Below, in pieces: positions 39,986 to 54,027 of a stretch of 64,000 nt of DNA. The notes under the pieces are model-generated. The model ran no database searches, was not told the DNA's origin, and worked only from the letters and a program-made list of their open reading frames with translations. The position numbers and the translations under genes are program-made. The DNA lies in the NCBI GenBank assembly GCA_012295275.1, contig CM022671.1, positions 18,476,001-18,540,000 of the forward strand. The letters are read 5' to 3'. Numbering within the stretch: position 1 is the first letter of the stretch; the number at the start of each line of letters is the position of its first letter. The DNA is from Chrysomallon squamiferum (taxonomy: Eukaryota > Animalia > Mollusca).

Positions 39986-42679
39986 TCAGCCAAATGATTT
40001 CAGCTAGTTTTTATACATATTTTCTGTTTTCTCTCTTTCAGCAAAGTTTTGCAGGTTCTATTCTAACTGGTAGAAATTTCTAAAGATGAAGGACCAGCCT
40101 GCAGGGCGTTGCCATGGATATGCACCCTTGGGTCTCATGATGGAGATTGCCAGATTAAGGGCTTTCTGTCTAACTGTAGTTTTTAATGTGATGTATTTGT
40201 TACTTGTATACCTACATATAAACACATGTATATATATACACTTATATATGTGTGTCTGTACGTATGTATCAATATCTGTATTTCTGTGTCTGTCATTTAT
40301 CAGTGTGTATACATATATTTTAATCTTTTCTTTTCCTCTTTTTTTTTTTTTTTTTTTGGAAACAATTATTTGGGTCTTCAGGACTTGAGCCCGTGTTTAT
40401 AATTCTAAATGTTTAACCTGAAAATCGTCCAAGGTTTTGTGTAATGTTTTAGATTAGCAAAGTAGATAGAAAATGTTTATTGATGCCAACCACATAAATG
40501 TACATAAAAGTTTTGTTTTGTTGCTTTTCTTTTCTTCATTTTTGATAATGTTTTTTTTTTTTTTTTTTTTTTTTTAAATTCAATTCATTACATCATGACA
40601 GATTAAACGAATAAAACAATATGTTTTATTATGTTTTTAAAAAATGCTTTTCTCCAAGTACTTATATTTTACAAAACCACATTTTTATTTGAATGTTATG
40701 TTAATTTTTAATTTTGTTTTCTTTGAAAAACTATTTTACTTCATAATTTTTTTTAATGCAGAATGTACATATATTATATACATCATATTGCTTAATGAGT
40801 GTGTAATATTAAATATATTGTGTATCAGAAAAGTAAATTTTATTATGTTGTAATATCTTAATTGTTTGGAAATATTTCTTTTAATTTTTCTTTTTGACAT
40901 TTTAAATTATATCATGTTGAATGTAAATTGTTTGGAAATATTTAATTTTTCTTTTTAATTTTAATTTTTAATTATTTTAATTTTTAATTTTTAATTATTT
41001 TAATTTTTTTAATTTTTTTTTATTCTGAGGATTTTTACAATGAAAAGCAATATACATGTATGACGTTGTTGACTTTTTATTCATATTGCATGGTTGTAAA
41101 CATAAATATATATGCATTTTTAACCACATATTTTAACTGAAATGTTTTCTTTTTTCCATGTTATTGTTGTCTTAATGACAAGTCCAGTATGTATTTTACC
41201 AATATATGGTTGTTATACGCAAATTTGAGGTTCTTTTTATGTCAGCAGTAATGGGTATGTTAATATAATTCTGCTGCATAAAGAACTATATTTTATGTCT
41301 GTTCGTACATTTGTATGTAAACATTTAAAACCCATTTATCTGTCCTGTTCATTATAGAAATTCTAGATAGATCTTTTTGTCTCAAAAGCATGGGTTCCAG
41401 TTTTTGATTGTTGAAATTAATTTTTGGTGTCAGATTTAGGAAATTTCATTACAACGACTTTATTGGAAATAAATACAGTTAATAAAAATGATTATTTTTA
41501 AATATAAAATTTAAATCTTAAGAATAAAAAAACAAAAAAAAAATGATTAAACTATTATTAGAAGAAGATAATTATAATAAATAACAATAATAATGTCTCA
41601 AGTTGAAATCGGTTTGAGTAAATTAAACTTTCTGTTTAAAATATTGGACATGGTGACTTTAAAATTGGAGCAGACTGATTTAAATTTCAAAAATTAATCC
41701 TAATTTATGGAAATAAATCTATTTTAAAATTGTCTGTTTAACCAGCATTGTACAAATGGCTTTAAATTTTTTAAACTGCAGAAAATGGCATTTTAAAACA
41801 TTAGCTTTGTAATTTTATAGAATGTTACAACTTTTGTGTGTAAATGTTCAGAAAACTGGAACCCATGACTTTACATTTAAAACCTGTGTTCACTAGACAT
41901 ATTAACTTATTTTAAACTTGTGATATTTTAAACAATGTAAATTTGTTGAAATTTTAATGATTGTTGGAAGTTATTAATTATGACATATGTTTAATATTTC
42001 ATATAGATGATGGGACCCCAATGTTTTCAGTTCAATCTATGAACACAAAGTTTTTGAAAATTTTTAAAATTGTTTTTCCTAACAGTTTATACCTCCACCC
42101 CTACCCCCAGTCTTCTTTGTTATATATATATTTCTTTTTCATTACTATTATTAATGGTAAAAAAAAAAAAAAAATTTTACAGGGTTTTTTTTTTCTTATT
42201 TGTTTTCATTTTTAATTGAAATGTCTATTTTATGAAATATTATGTACTTATATTGTCAGATGTATGTGTATATATAAATAAGTAGATTAGATTTGTTGTG
42301 TGTTTCTTTCACCTCTATGTTGTAAATACACAGTCAACATTACATTAATAAATAAAAGAAGATAATAAAATATGCACAACATATCTTTGAAAGGGTCAGT
42401 GATGGCTTTTTTTTTTTAATTGTACACTGGGGTATGTATAATAACATGGTCACCAATATAAATTTTGTACTGCTTTTATTTTCTATTTTTATTTTAATGT
42501 TTCAGTAAATACACATTTTAGTGGTAGGTATGAATGTACAATATTAAAAATATGAAACATTTTTATTGCTATGTTATATAACATCCAGATAACCATGCAA
42601 ACACCACTATAAATTACTGCACTCAATTCTGTAATAAAAGCACAATCAGTTAATATTGTATAAATATTGTTGTATAAAT

Positions 42680-43250
42680 ATAGCAACCATTATGCAATGT
42701 AATAATAATAATATTATTATTATACTGTTTTGCAACAATTTTTTTGCATTGTATTATTAAAAACATTGCAATACTGTTTTACTAAAAATTTAAAAAGTAA
42801 TATCAAATTATTGCACTATTTTACAACCATTACGCAATATTAATAAAACTATTACATTGTTCTACACATATTATGCAAAGTAAAAAAAAAAATTACTATT
42901 TTACAACCATTAGGTAATGTAATGAAAAATAGTACACTATTCTACAAACATCAGCAAGGCAATGAAAAACATTACATATTCTACAAATGTAATGCATGGT
43001 AATTAATACACTACGCAATGTAAGGAAAATATTACTGTTCTGCAAACATTACACAAGGTCATAAAAATTATTACACTATTTTACAACCACTACGCAATGT
43101 AATACAAAAATTATTACACTGTTATACAACTATTTTGTAATGTAATGACAAATTATTACTCTTTTTTTTTTACAACCAAATAATTGTCTCATTCAACAAC
43201 CATCACTCAAGGTAATAGCAAATTATTTACAAAATTACACAAAGTAATAA
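42680..43250. repeat. Degenerate ~45-bp tandem repeat
   Basis: Recurring ttacaaccattacgcaatgtaat...ttattacactat. Confidence 0.7.
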
Positions 43251-45379
43251 TAAAATAAACAACAGCAGGATATTTTATGATTATATCTCACCATAACAAT
43301 AATAATCATTGGGTTTACTATTTATCACCAGTTAAGTTTTATTTTATTCTTGCTATTGTAACTCATATTATGCAACATGACAACCACAAAATATCATTTT
43401 CTGCTATCTCATATTGCTAAACCACTTCTTTGATATAAAAACTGCCAAACTAAATTATCCCATATTCAGGCTTGTTATATTTTATTATTTTAATCACAGA
43501 AACATTGCTACATCTGTCAAATTAATATTTTGCTGTATCCAGTTCTTCAAACACTTATATCTCAATAATAATAAATATATATATATATATTCAAGCTAAA
43601 CTATTTTGCAAATAATAAGATTCAAATATACTGTTTATGTGTAAAGCAGAAACAGATTGGAGGTGACCAACAAAAAAAACAAGATGTATACAAATGTACA
43701 GTGGAAAAGAAAAAATTTCAGATTGATTTTTAATTTTTCTATCTTTTTCATTCTGTTTTTAATATTAGTTTAGAATAATTTTTTTTTTTTTTTTGTCTAG
43801 AAATTGAAAATTCAGGTCAATATTTGAGATGTATGTGTATAATCTCAAATATCAGTAAAGCAATAAGGAACGGTATTTGTTATGTCTGACAGACCCCCAG
43901 TAACTACAGAATGTTGAGGACATTTTTATAGATACGACAAAAATGAAACACTGTATGACTTTGTACAACAGTACTTATCATCTTGTTATGATAAAATGAA
44001 ACACTGTATGACTTTGTATAGCAATGTATATCATCAATGTCTTGTTTGTGGTGTTTTTCTTAATGTATATCTTATACATACATGACTTTTTCTCTGTTTC
44101 TTTTATTGTTTTTGTTTTTGGTGTCTCTTGGGAGGTTTAGCATCATGTTACCTGGTTAACAAGCAGACTGCAGCAGTGGTTTTATTTAAAAGAATATCAA
44201 TACCTGTAAAAATATTTAAAATTTTAATAATTATTTTCTACTTTTGGTCAATAAAATTCATATCTAATTATTACTAGGCAGTTATTGTATTTATTAATCA
44301 CTTTTGTGGTTGTAATAGATATGTTAATGTTTAGACGGATGTATGTTTCTGAATTTTTGTTTCAGAACAGCAGTACTGACCTAATTCCTGGGATTATTGC
44401 AAAATACATGGACAACCATGTTATGTGTAAATAATACTGTACAAAAATAGATGTAATTTTAAAGCTATTTTTTTTTTTTTTTTTTTAATATCATGAATAA
44501 GAGATTATGGACTTTTTTTTTTTTTTACATACATTTTGAAAATGTAACTGCTGGACAAAACCGGGTATTTTACAAATGATTCTGTCTTGAACTGTGCTGC
44601 ACCCTGCTTGCTAATGAGGGTCTGATGTTTGTGTACAAATGAGAAGCAACGAACATGTCCATAGACAAAATCTTAAGTAGGTAATAGGTACTTTAAATAG
44701 GTAGTTGGCCATCAATGTGTGTGTGACATGGGAAGTGGCCAAAGATACAATTCATGGGTTGTTGAATTCTAACAGATAGAAAACATAATTTTACCATTTT
44801 ATTTCTATGTAGTAAAAACATTTAAGCAGTGGAAACCAAAAAGTATTTTATAGAAAACATAATTTTGTCTCTGAGTTTCTGTACAGTAAAAGAGTATGCT
44901 GATGAAGGTGAGTGCTTTCTCAATCTCCTAACATTATATTTTAATGAAGTTAATAATGGTTAATATGTCTTTTAAGTACTTTTTTAAATAATTTTTTTTT
45001 TAGTTAACATCAAAAGCTACTTCCCTTGTCACACTCAAAAGACTTTGTCAAAAATACTGATACTCATTATTTCCACATTTGTTACCATGGTTACACAAAG
45101 ATAATACGTTAACACCATTGTTTGTACATAAGGATTTTTACAAATTGTTTTTTCTTATTTTTTTAAGAATTATTTTTGTTTTATTTTTATTATTATTATT
45201 ATTATTATTATTTTTTTAACTGGCAGCATGAAGGTGATAATTAATCTGGATGTTTTGTCATATGAACAAGTTTGTCTTGCGATACAACATTCCTCAGGTT
45301 TTGTAGTCTAGCTTCATAGTTCACAGAAAAACAGGCAATTGAGACAGTCTGCAGCATGCCGGCCTGCTTTACGTGTAAC

Positions 45380-46010
45380 AGTCTTGTTGATTGGTCAGTG
45401 TCTTTTATTGACTTAGTAACCTTAATGCTGATTGGCCTTTGAATCTCTGAATAACTCGTAACTGTATTAGACTGATCTCTGAATTTTGCAGATTTTTGTA
45501 ACTTTGTTACATGTCTGATCATTTAAAATTCTGATTAATCTGTAATTAGTAGATTGGTCACAGAATTTTAATGATTTTTTTTTGTAACACTGTTGCTCAA
45601 TGGTCAGGGAGATTCTTACTAATATGTAATACTGTTATGGATTGGTTAGTGAATTTTTAATGATTTTGTAACTTTGTTGCTTATTGGTCACTTATTCATT
45701 AATTTATAACATCTTTTATGATTGGTCATTTTGTTGCTAATTTTGTAGCTGATATGTTAGTTAAATACGTTAAATAATGAGCAACACTGTTATTTATTGG
45801 TCAGTGATATTTACTGATTATAACATAACACTATTATTGTATGGTCAGTAAAATTCACCGAATTAATCTGCAGCTGTTACAGATAGACAGGGAAGGTTAC
45901 AGATTATTTTATAATCTTTTCACCATCAGATATCATTCATAATTACTACATAGTTTTAGTAACAAGTAATTTGATTGGTTGGTTGATTGTGCCATCGTCA
46001 CTGATTGGCT
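45380..46010. repeat. Degenerate ~40-bp tandem repeat with attggtca core
   Basis: Nine ATTGG plus variants at roughly regular spacing. Confidence 0.6.
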
Positions 46011-46649
46011 GGCATGCTGGATGCAGTCTGGTTAGCTTTATAGATCTGGATCAACACTGCTAAATCATTCAAATATTACATTTCACATGCATTTAGTTTG
46101 CATAGGTCTTGCCAAAAGGAACACAGGGTTAAAACTAATTTTTGTTTTGGAAATATGATCTGGTAGTTTGGTTAGAGATACATTTATCACAGTAAAAAAT
46201 TATTGCAATGTTGTTGTCTGTTGTTCATAATGTATTCAAAATAACCAGTCCTATTGCTTTTTTTAATTTAAAACAACACATGTCCTTTTGTTTTAGAACT
46301 GGCCTTTTTGTAGTATTTTAAAATTTAATGGAAAAAGAAAATTAGCATGGTGATGTTTGAAAACTATATCATTGCTGAATACATTTTTTTTTTTTTTTTT
46401 AAACAATAGATTTTGTTTTCTGTACATTTTTTAATTTGTTGTATAAATTTAACAATAATAAAGTGAATCTCATAGTTTACATTATGAATGGTTTGCCTGT
46501 TATGATTCGGATATTTACCTGTGTGTCATCAAATTTTATAAATTATATATTTTTAAGGAGGTAAAAATCTAAGCGATATAAAATTAAATTTTAAATTAAA
46601 AATCTGGACATATAAATGGAAATAAAATAAATGTTCTGCTTCAAACCCC

Positions 46650-46701
<52 letters not shown>

Positions 46702-48093
46702 AAATAAAGAAATAACATAATTCCTTGAAATCTTTTAAAACACACCACCAATAAAAATGCTCTTTCTTTGATCCACATAAATTACACGGGACTTTTTAAA
46801 AAAGAAATTAGAAAAATTATCATGATTATGCCTTCTCTAGCAATAATAATGTGTAATGTTGAAATTAGTTTGAGCCTAGCTTGTGATCAGCACTTCATTT
46901 TATCCAGATTAACTGTATGAGGTTTAATGTCTCAAAAGAAAGTTTGTTGTAGCAAATAAATAAAGTTATGTACAGTTATAATTTTTAATTTGTAAAATTG
47001 TTTTTTTTTAGTTGTTTTTTTTATGCAAAGTAGAAAATAAATTTGTCATGAGGTTTCATTCATTCATTTACTGTTAATTTATTTATCACTTATATATTTT
47101 TTTATAATTATTTACCTTTTTTTTTGTATATGCAAAATCTGTAGTGTAAATGAAAAATTAGTTATTATAATTACTTTATATATTTAAATGTTTAAAAGTA
47201 GAATGATTATGTAGAAATCCATACCTTTTTCTTACTAATTTATTTTAAAATAAATCTTGATGTTGATTGTCAAGTTTGGGAAAAAGATTTCATGTTGTTA
47301 CAGATATGTAAATTTCAGTTTAAAAAAAAAGGTTATATAATTTTTGGAAAAAGTGTTAAAAGAATATTTATTGCTAATAAAATTTAACAACTTACATAGG
47401 TGAAAGGGTTTTTATTTTGTTAGTTACAAGAAAGATAAGTTTTTGTTTTGATGGTAAATTAGGCTTACAATAAATTGCTACACTTTGAAAGGGAATCACA
47501 AAACTCGCCAGAAGTTATTCTTTTAATACTAGCAAGACGTCATATACAGATCATTTTGAGGGTAGAAAATGGCCCAATTCATAATTTTAGAATTATTAAA
47601 GATTTGAGTTTAGTAGAATATAATTTTAAAATACCTAACACACACACAAACACATACACACACCATTAATTAAAATTAAATAATTGTAATTTGAGAAATA
47701 AAAATGTGCTTCTTATTTTTTGTAGTTTTAGAACTGGGAAGCATGATTTTTTCTTTCTAAATTTAATTATTTTTTATTAGAAAAAATCTTTCAACAGCAA
47801 AATATATTTAGCAGAATTCTATTTACTTTAATTTTAAAAAAAATATATATATATTTCTGTAGATTTTAGATATTTATTTTTTATTTTTCTGAAATTACAA
47901 ATTTAAAAAAATATAATAATGATAATAAAAAAGAACTGAAACCTCATGATAAATAAGTTGCAGATATTTTACATCAACTACACACTGGGAGGTGAATCTG
48001 TGTGCTGTGTGCCCAAACTGGAAAGAGTTTGGTCAAATCTTTTTAACTCACTCACAATCAGCCATGTGCTTAATATTATAACGTCTACTGCAG

Positions 48094-48134
<41 letters not shown>

Positions 48135-48559
48135 TACAATTACTACTATTATCATGACCTCTCTTTATTATTATTATTATTAAAATTAACTATTTAAACA
48201 TCCTAAATATTACGCTGTATAACTTTTGATTCACCAAACTGCCTGTCTGAGCACAACCACATCAATGGTTCATCTCCCACTAACTACGCATTCTTTTCTT
48301 TCCCCCCAGTGCTATCTACAATGTTAATGTGATCTGTCTACCTCTATGATGATGTTTGTACATTTTGAGCAATGTTGATGATGATGATGATGATGATAAT
48401 ATGCATAAACTCAACCTCTGTATATGTGGAAAGAATTTTAAAATGATAAAAATAATGTCCATATCATAAATTGTAAAAAAAAAAAAAAATGTTTAATAAA
48501 ATTATTATTATTATTTTTTTTTTTATAAAGATTAGTTTAGAAACATCTCTATGTTGTAA

Positions 48560-49030
48560 ATTTGACACCAGTAGTGTTTGAATGTACACAGAAGTTTGTG
48601 GTGAAAAGATCACTGTGTTTAAAAATAGGAGAGCCATGTCTGTAGGGTGGGGCAATTTGGTGGGTTTGAACATATCAACTCTTAAAAAATTTAGCATGCT
48701 TTTGGTCTTAACACCCCAGATGCAAAACAATCTCTTAATCTATACATAAATACACGCAACATGGCATTCTAACTTTTGCAGGATAAAGCTGATATTTTAA
48801 GATGGTGCATGTGAAAAAAAGATCTATAGATGTTTCAAAGATCACCGATCTTAAGAGAAGGTAATTTCAAAAATACTTTAACAAAATTGTTATTTTAGTT
48901 AGTTTATCCACCAAAACCACAAACAGATTATCCACCCTACAGACATGTTTCTTCTCTAACAGGGTGGTGTGTTGTTACTTAGAAAATTCTGCCACATTTA
49001 GTACTAGATAGATCTTAGCAGTCAGAAGTC
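48560..49030. mobile_element. Possible decayed MITE/foldback element with long imperfect inverted arms
   Basis: Exact 16-bp inverted match 48635-48650 / 48932-48947, with weaker inverted similarity on both sides; no coding capacity; no target-site duplication identified. Confidence 0.45.
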
Positions 49031-52000
49031 ATGCCTATTTTTTTTTTTTTTAATTAAATATCATTAGTTGAAGATATTTTTTTTTATTATCTACTTTTGT
49101 TTTTGTACAAATTATATTTAAAATAAATAACATCACTGTTTTAGGAACTAGGGTAAAAAAAATGTAAAATAAATTTAAAAAAAAAAAAATTATAAATATC
49201 GGAAATGTGCCAAAGAACCATACAAACATTTATATATTTTTTTCTTATTAATTTTCTTATATATATTTTTTTCTTTTTTCCTATTTTTTTTTTTTTTCCA
49301 TCGTGTATTTTAGCAATAGACAGACTAGAGAGAAGTTGTACATATTGTTTGGTCACTTGGCCGTCCTGGACACCATGTTCTAATACTATCTTTATCCACA
49401 TGGTGTTTGCTTTGTCAGGGGAGATAACTCTATCGAGGCATGCCTCATTTTCATGTTCTGTGGCTCATGTTTGTGCACTTTTTTTTCTTGAAATAAACAA
49501 CTGGTTGAATAATGATTTGTTTAGTCTTTTATTTTAGTTCTAATTTAAAAATAAAATTTTAAAAAATATTTATTTATTTATATATTTTTATATATATATA
49601 TATTTTTTTTTTTTGTGTATGTGTGCAAGTCAGGATCTATCTGAGGACAGATGGTTTAATTTCAGTATCTGTGCTGCATTATCCTTTTTGTTAAAAAAAA
49701 GTTTTGTTGACTTTCATTGCTAACTTGCTTCTTTTTGCCACTCAGATAAAAATTGTGATTTTAAAACATTTTTGCAAATGTGAATGATAATCTTCAACAA
49801 ATACTGAACCATCTAATATATAATTAATGTCAAGAGCTGCAGTATTTGACAACGCATACTCTTCTTCATATAGAAAACTAAAATTGGTCACTTATATTAT
49901 AACTTTACAGAAGGAATATGTTGTTTCTTCATAGTGGAGATATTAAAGCATAGAACCAAGGGCCTAGTTTCAAAATCAAAATTCATTTCTTCTTTTTTTA
50001 TTTTCATTCTTCTTTTTTCTTTCTTTTTTTTTGTTGCTAATAATCAATACAGTTATCACAGATCTTAAATATAAATTATACTGAAAAGATGCAATAGAAA
50101 CTGATTGGGTTGAAATTGATAAACTGTAAAAGAAGTTATAGCTAACCCAAGATTTAATAAGAATTATTATAGCAAAATCCAAAATGTCCACCATTGCCAT
50201 TCATTACAGCAAGAATTGCAGCCAAGCATGATTCCAACAATTTATTGTCGTATATTCACACTAAACAAAAGAATTAAAAAAGAAATTTAAAATTAATGTG
50301 ACAAAATCTAATTTGGCTGCCAGATATAGCCTTAATCCAGTTTGAGCTTTGGATCTTGTTCTGTGCCAGTGATGAAACATGTAACAATCTACCACAAGAC
50401 TACAGAACACTGACATTTTCAGGAAAATTTCACTTTTGTCATCTTGCCTTAATAAAGCGAGATAAACTGAATGAATGAATGAGGAAAAGAGGATAAATAT
50501 AATAAAAGAATGAACAATTTCTGTAAAGTACTAAAGTTAGTAAAACCAAATAAAAAGTTTGTTTGCTCGAGTAACTTTAGCGATTGCCATGTTGCTCACG
50601 GTTTTAACTTGTGTTCATTTAATAAACAAATTCATCAAGTATCATCAACTTCTACCAGTTAGTGTTTGCAGTGAAAGGTAATCCATGCAAAAAACAATTT
50701 ATTGTATCAAAATGCCAAATTTGGCTTAAGCCTTTTAAAATCTAGAATTTAGAATCAGTAATATTAACTTTTAGATGCTTATAAAAATTACTTGTCACAG
50801 CCATATTATTGGAAGTAGATTTTATTCTTTCAAACAAAATATTTATTTATTTATTTATTTATTTATTTTATTTTAATTAATTAATTAATTAATTATGTTT
50901 TTTATTTTATTTATTCATTTCTTTTTTTGTTTGGTTGTTTTGTTTTATTATTGTGTTTACTTTCTCAACTAAATAAAAGAACAATTTTTAATAAAAATAG
51001 AAACAGAATTTTACATCATGCATAAAATTGTTTATTTCTTTTCAACGTGCTAGTCATAAAGTAAATTTAAGTGCAAAACTTTATACAATTTTAGTACAGG
51101 CACTTTGAAAATTCTACAATATTATTATAAAACATAAAATCTATTATTCAAATCATAATTAAAGAAATTTACGAATGATACAAAAAAAAAAAACTAATTA
51201 AATAAATAAAAAAATAAAAAACAAACAAAAAACCCATCTATATTCTACTTAAAAACATCACTTACAATAAAGGAAAAAATTGAAGAAAAAAAGTTCTAAC
51301 ATACGTACCACATTAAATTATAATAGTGTACACTTGTATTAACAAAATTTCAATACATTTTTTTTTTCATAAAAAAAAAGATATTTATATTTATCTTTAT
51401 CGAGGTAGAATTTTTATATTTCTGTAACTTATATTCATAAGAACATTAGACAAAAGAAATAATAATTTATAAGAAAAAAGATGGAAAAAATTTAAAAAGA
51501 AAATTCAAATCAAAATTAAAAAGCTTTCAATTAGAAAAGAAAAATTAAATTAGGTAAATATAGTTTGCAAATTACAAAAACATTTATTAAATTTTTATCT
51601 TTTTATACATGATTTTTTCCTGTGTAGGAATTAATAAAAATAATAATAATAATAATAACAATTACTATCATTATCATTATTATTATTATTAATAAAAATG
51701 CTGTTTCTACAAAGTATGTTCATATAAAAGCATTATCCTAATTTTCAAAGATTTGAAAAAAATATAAAATGATAAAACAAATATATTTTCTACATGTGAT
51801 AAAAAAAGAAAAAAAGAAGTCAAGTCATGTATCAACATTTAAACAATATCTCACCCTCATTTAAAAATGAAAAATTTTGAATTCTAGGGTTCCCAAACAC
51901 ACTGAAATCTGAAATTTATAGATAAATGTAATAATAACTGTTATTGAGCTGTGTTCCATGACAAACACTAATAATAATAATGAATATGATAATGATGATA

Positions 52001-52787
52001 ATGATAATAAATAACTAAATAAATAAAAAATAAAAATAAATAATAATAATAATAATAACAACAGCAGCAACAACAACAATACAGTCATGCATCACTTACT
52101 ATCTGTCTGAAGAATTTATGTTTGCATATGTGTCCATCACCTACAGAAATACTAACATAATATGAATACAGTCTATAATGTTGTGCTTGGACAGTGTCCA
52201 GTTCCATTAACGTCAAATTTCCAAGGACAAATCTAGGGTTTTAAGTGGTGCATGACTGTAAAATTATAATAAATCTATCTACAAAGTTGATATTTAAAAA
52301 AAAAAAAAAAAAAAAAAATTGATATCTAAATGATTAAACTTGTAAATATATTTAGATGTAACAAAACATTGTCTATGATTTACAAAACTCACAACATAAA
52401 AAGAACATATGATATGATTATAGTAACATTCATTAAACATCCATCTAATTAACTCTGTAGTTAATTAATATAAAGAATTTTTATCTTAAAATAAATAAAT
52501 AAATAAATAAATTAATAAAAATATGAAGACAAAAGATAAAATGAAACTATTTTATTGGCACTATTACATTGATAAAAACTGGATTTTTAAATTCCATTCT
52601 TTTTCTTCTTTATCAAATCAGTATTAAAGCATATATATATACATTTAAAAAAACAAAAAAACAAAAACAAACAAAAAACAAACAAAAAGGAAAAATAATA
52701 CTAATAAATAAATAAATAGAAATTATTTATTATTAATTAATTTTTATTTTAATAAATTGTAAAAAAAAAAATTAAAAAATTAATAAA

Positions 52788-52842
<55 letters not shown>

Positions 52843-53689
52843 TGTTTTAAAAAAATATATATTCAAAAAATTACATTGTGTAAAACAAAATCTGACTTTA
52901 CATCTCCCCAGGAGGGATAACTCCTTTTCACATCGACTGACAGAACAATCCTTACACCCAGCTCAGCCACTAAGTGGGTGCATTTATCACACATAATCTT
53001 AAAGGTTACAGACGATAATAAAGATTTATTTTACAAAATTATTATTATTTTTTTTATTCTGTAGCTATAATATTCAGTCTGTGAGCACTCACAAATTATT
53101 TTATTTTATGTGATAAATAATAATAAAAAAAATCTACTTATATATATATATATATATATAAAACTTTCAGAGAAGTCTTTTAAAAGTATCACCAAAAATA
53201 TTATATTAATATATAATTTTTAAAATATATAAATATAGCAGAAGCAGAGTAAATGTTTATAAATAAGCTAAAGCAGAGAATTAAGTAGAACATAAAAATG
53301 AAGTAAAAAAAGTCCGAAGATGTATTTATTTTGTTTTTACTGTTTTTAAAAAAGTTAAATAACTGTGACTTTATAACATGAGAAAATTATTGCAGTCTGT
53401 AAAGGTTTTTTTTTTTTCTTTACATTTAAATTTTTATGAAGAAACATGATAGAAGAAGGGACCAGAATTTCAATGATTTTCGTTGTTAACAAATATCTGT
53501 AGCAAAAAATATAGGTTTTTAAATAAAATTTGATAACTTTATTTTAGAAATTTACAAAGGCCTATAATGTCAAAATATTTAAGTTAATACAAGAAATATA
53601 GGTTCAAAGTGTCACAGCTCTAAATGTTGAGTTACCAAATAATGGCTTACTGTTTCAATTTGATTTTATGTAATTTTAAAATGTAAAGT

Positions 53690-53915
53690 TCGACTTGTAA
53701 CACAGAGACCTATACTTTCTTTATAAAGAATTTTTACTTTGTCATACATACCCATACTTTCAGAATATAGAATTTTGACTGAAGTCAGACCAATATTTCC
53801 ATTAAATAGAATTTTGACTGATGTCAGACCAATATTTCCATTAAACTGAATTTTGACTTGACATATATAGACCTGTATTTTGCAATATAGAATTTTGACT
53901 TATGAAACATGTATT
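53690..53915. repeat. Degenerate ~44-bp tandem repeat
   Basis: gaattttgact and agacc recur; two copies are nearly identical (53768-53858). Confidence 0.7.
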
Positions 53916-54027
53916 TTCGTTTAAGAAATATAATATATTTTTAGCTGCACTAAATTCACAGAAGAAATTTTAGAAATTAAAGATGGAAGACAATGTATAA
54001 ATCTTTAGTAAGTAGTAATGTAATCAG

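Larger units (their letters stand above)
40042..46480 (+). other. msi: Probable non-coding terminal exon (long 3'UTR) of Musashi; 3' end uncertain
   Basis: Strong acceptor ttctctctttcag ends at 40041; U-rich downstream sequence with TGTA/TAG motifs; candidate AATAAA near 42351 and 46457. Confidence 0.5.

Noticed and set aside
40086-40388. 100-aa ORF at the start of the Musashi terminal exon
   Set aside because: It lies downstream of the conserved stop and runs into AT/TG low-complexity sequence; best read as UTR.
46480-53690. A third gene or overlapping 3'UTRs between Musashi and paxillin
   Set aside because: No coding exons or RNA genes were recognised, and the polyadenylation sites cannot be fixed from sequence because AATAAA/TTTATT is ubiquitous here.
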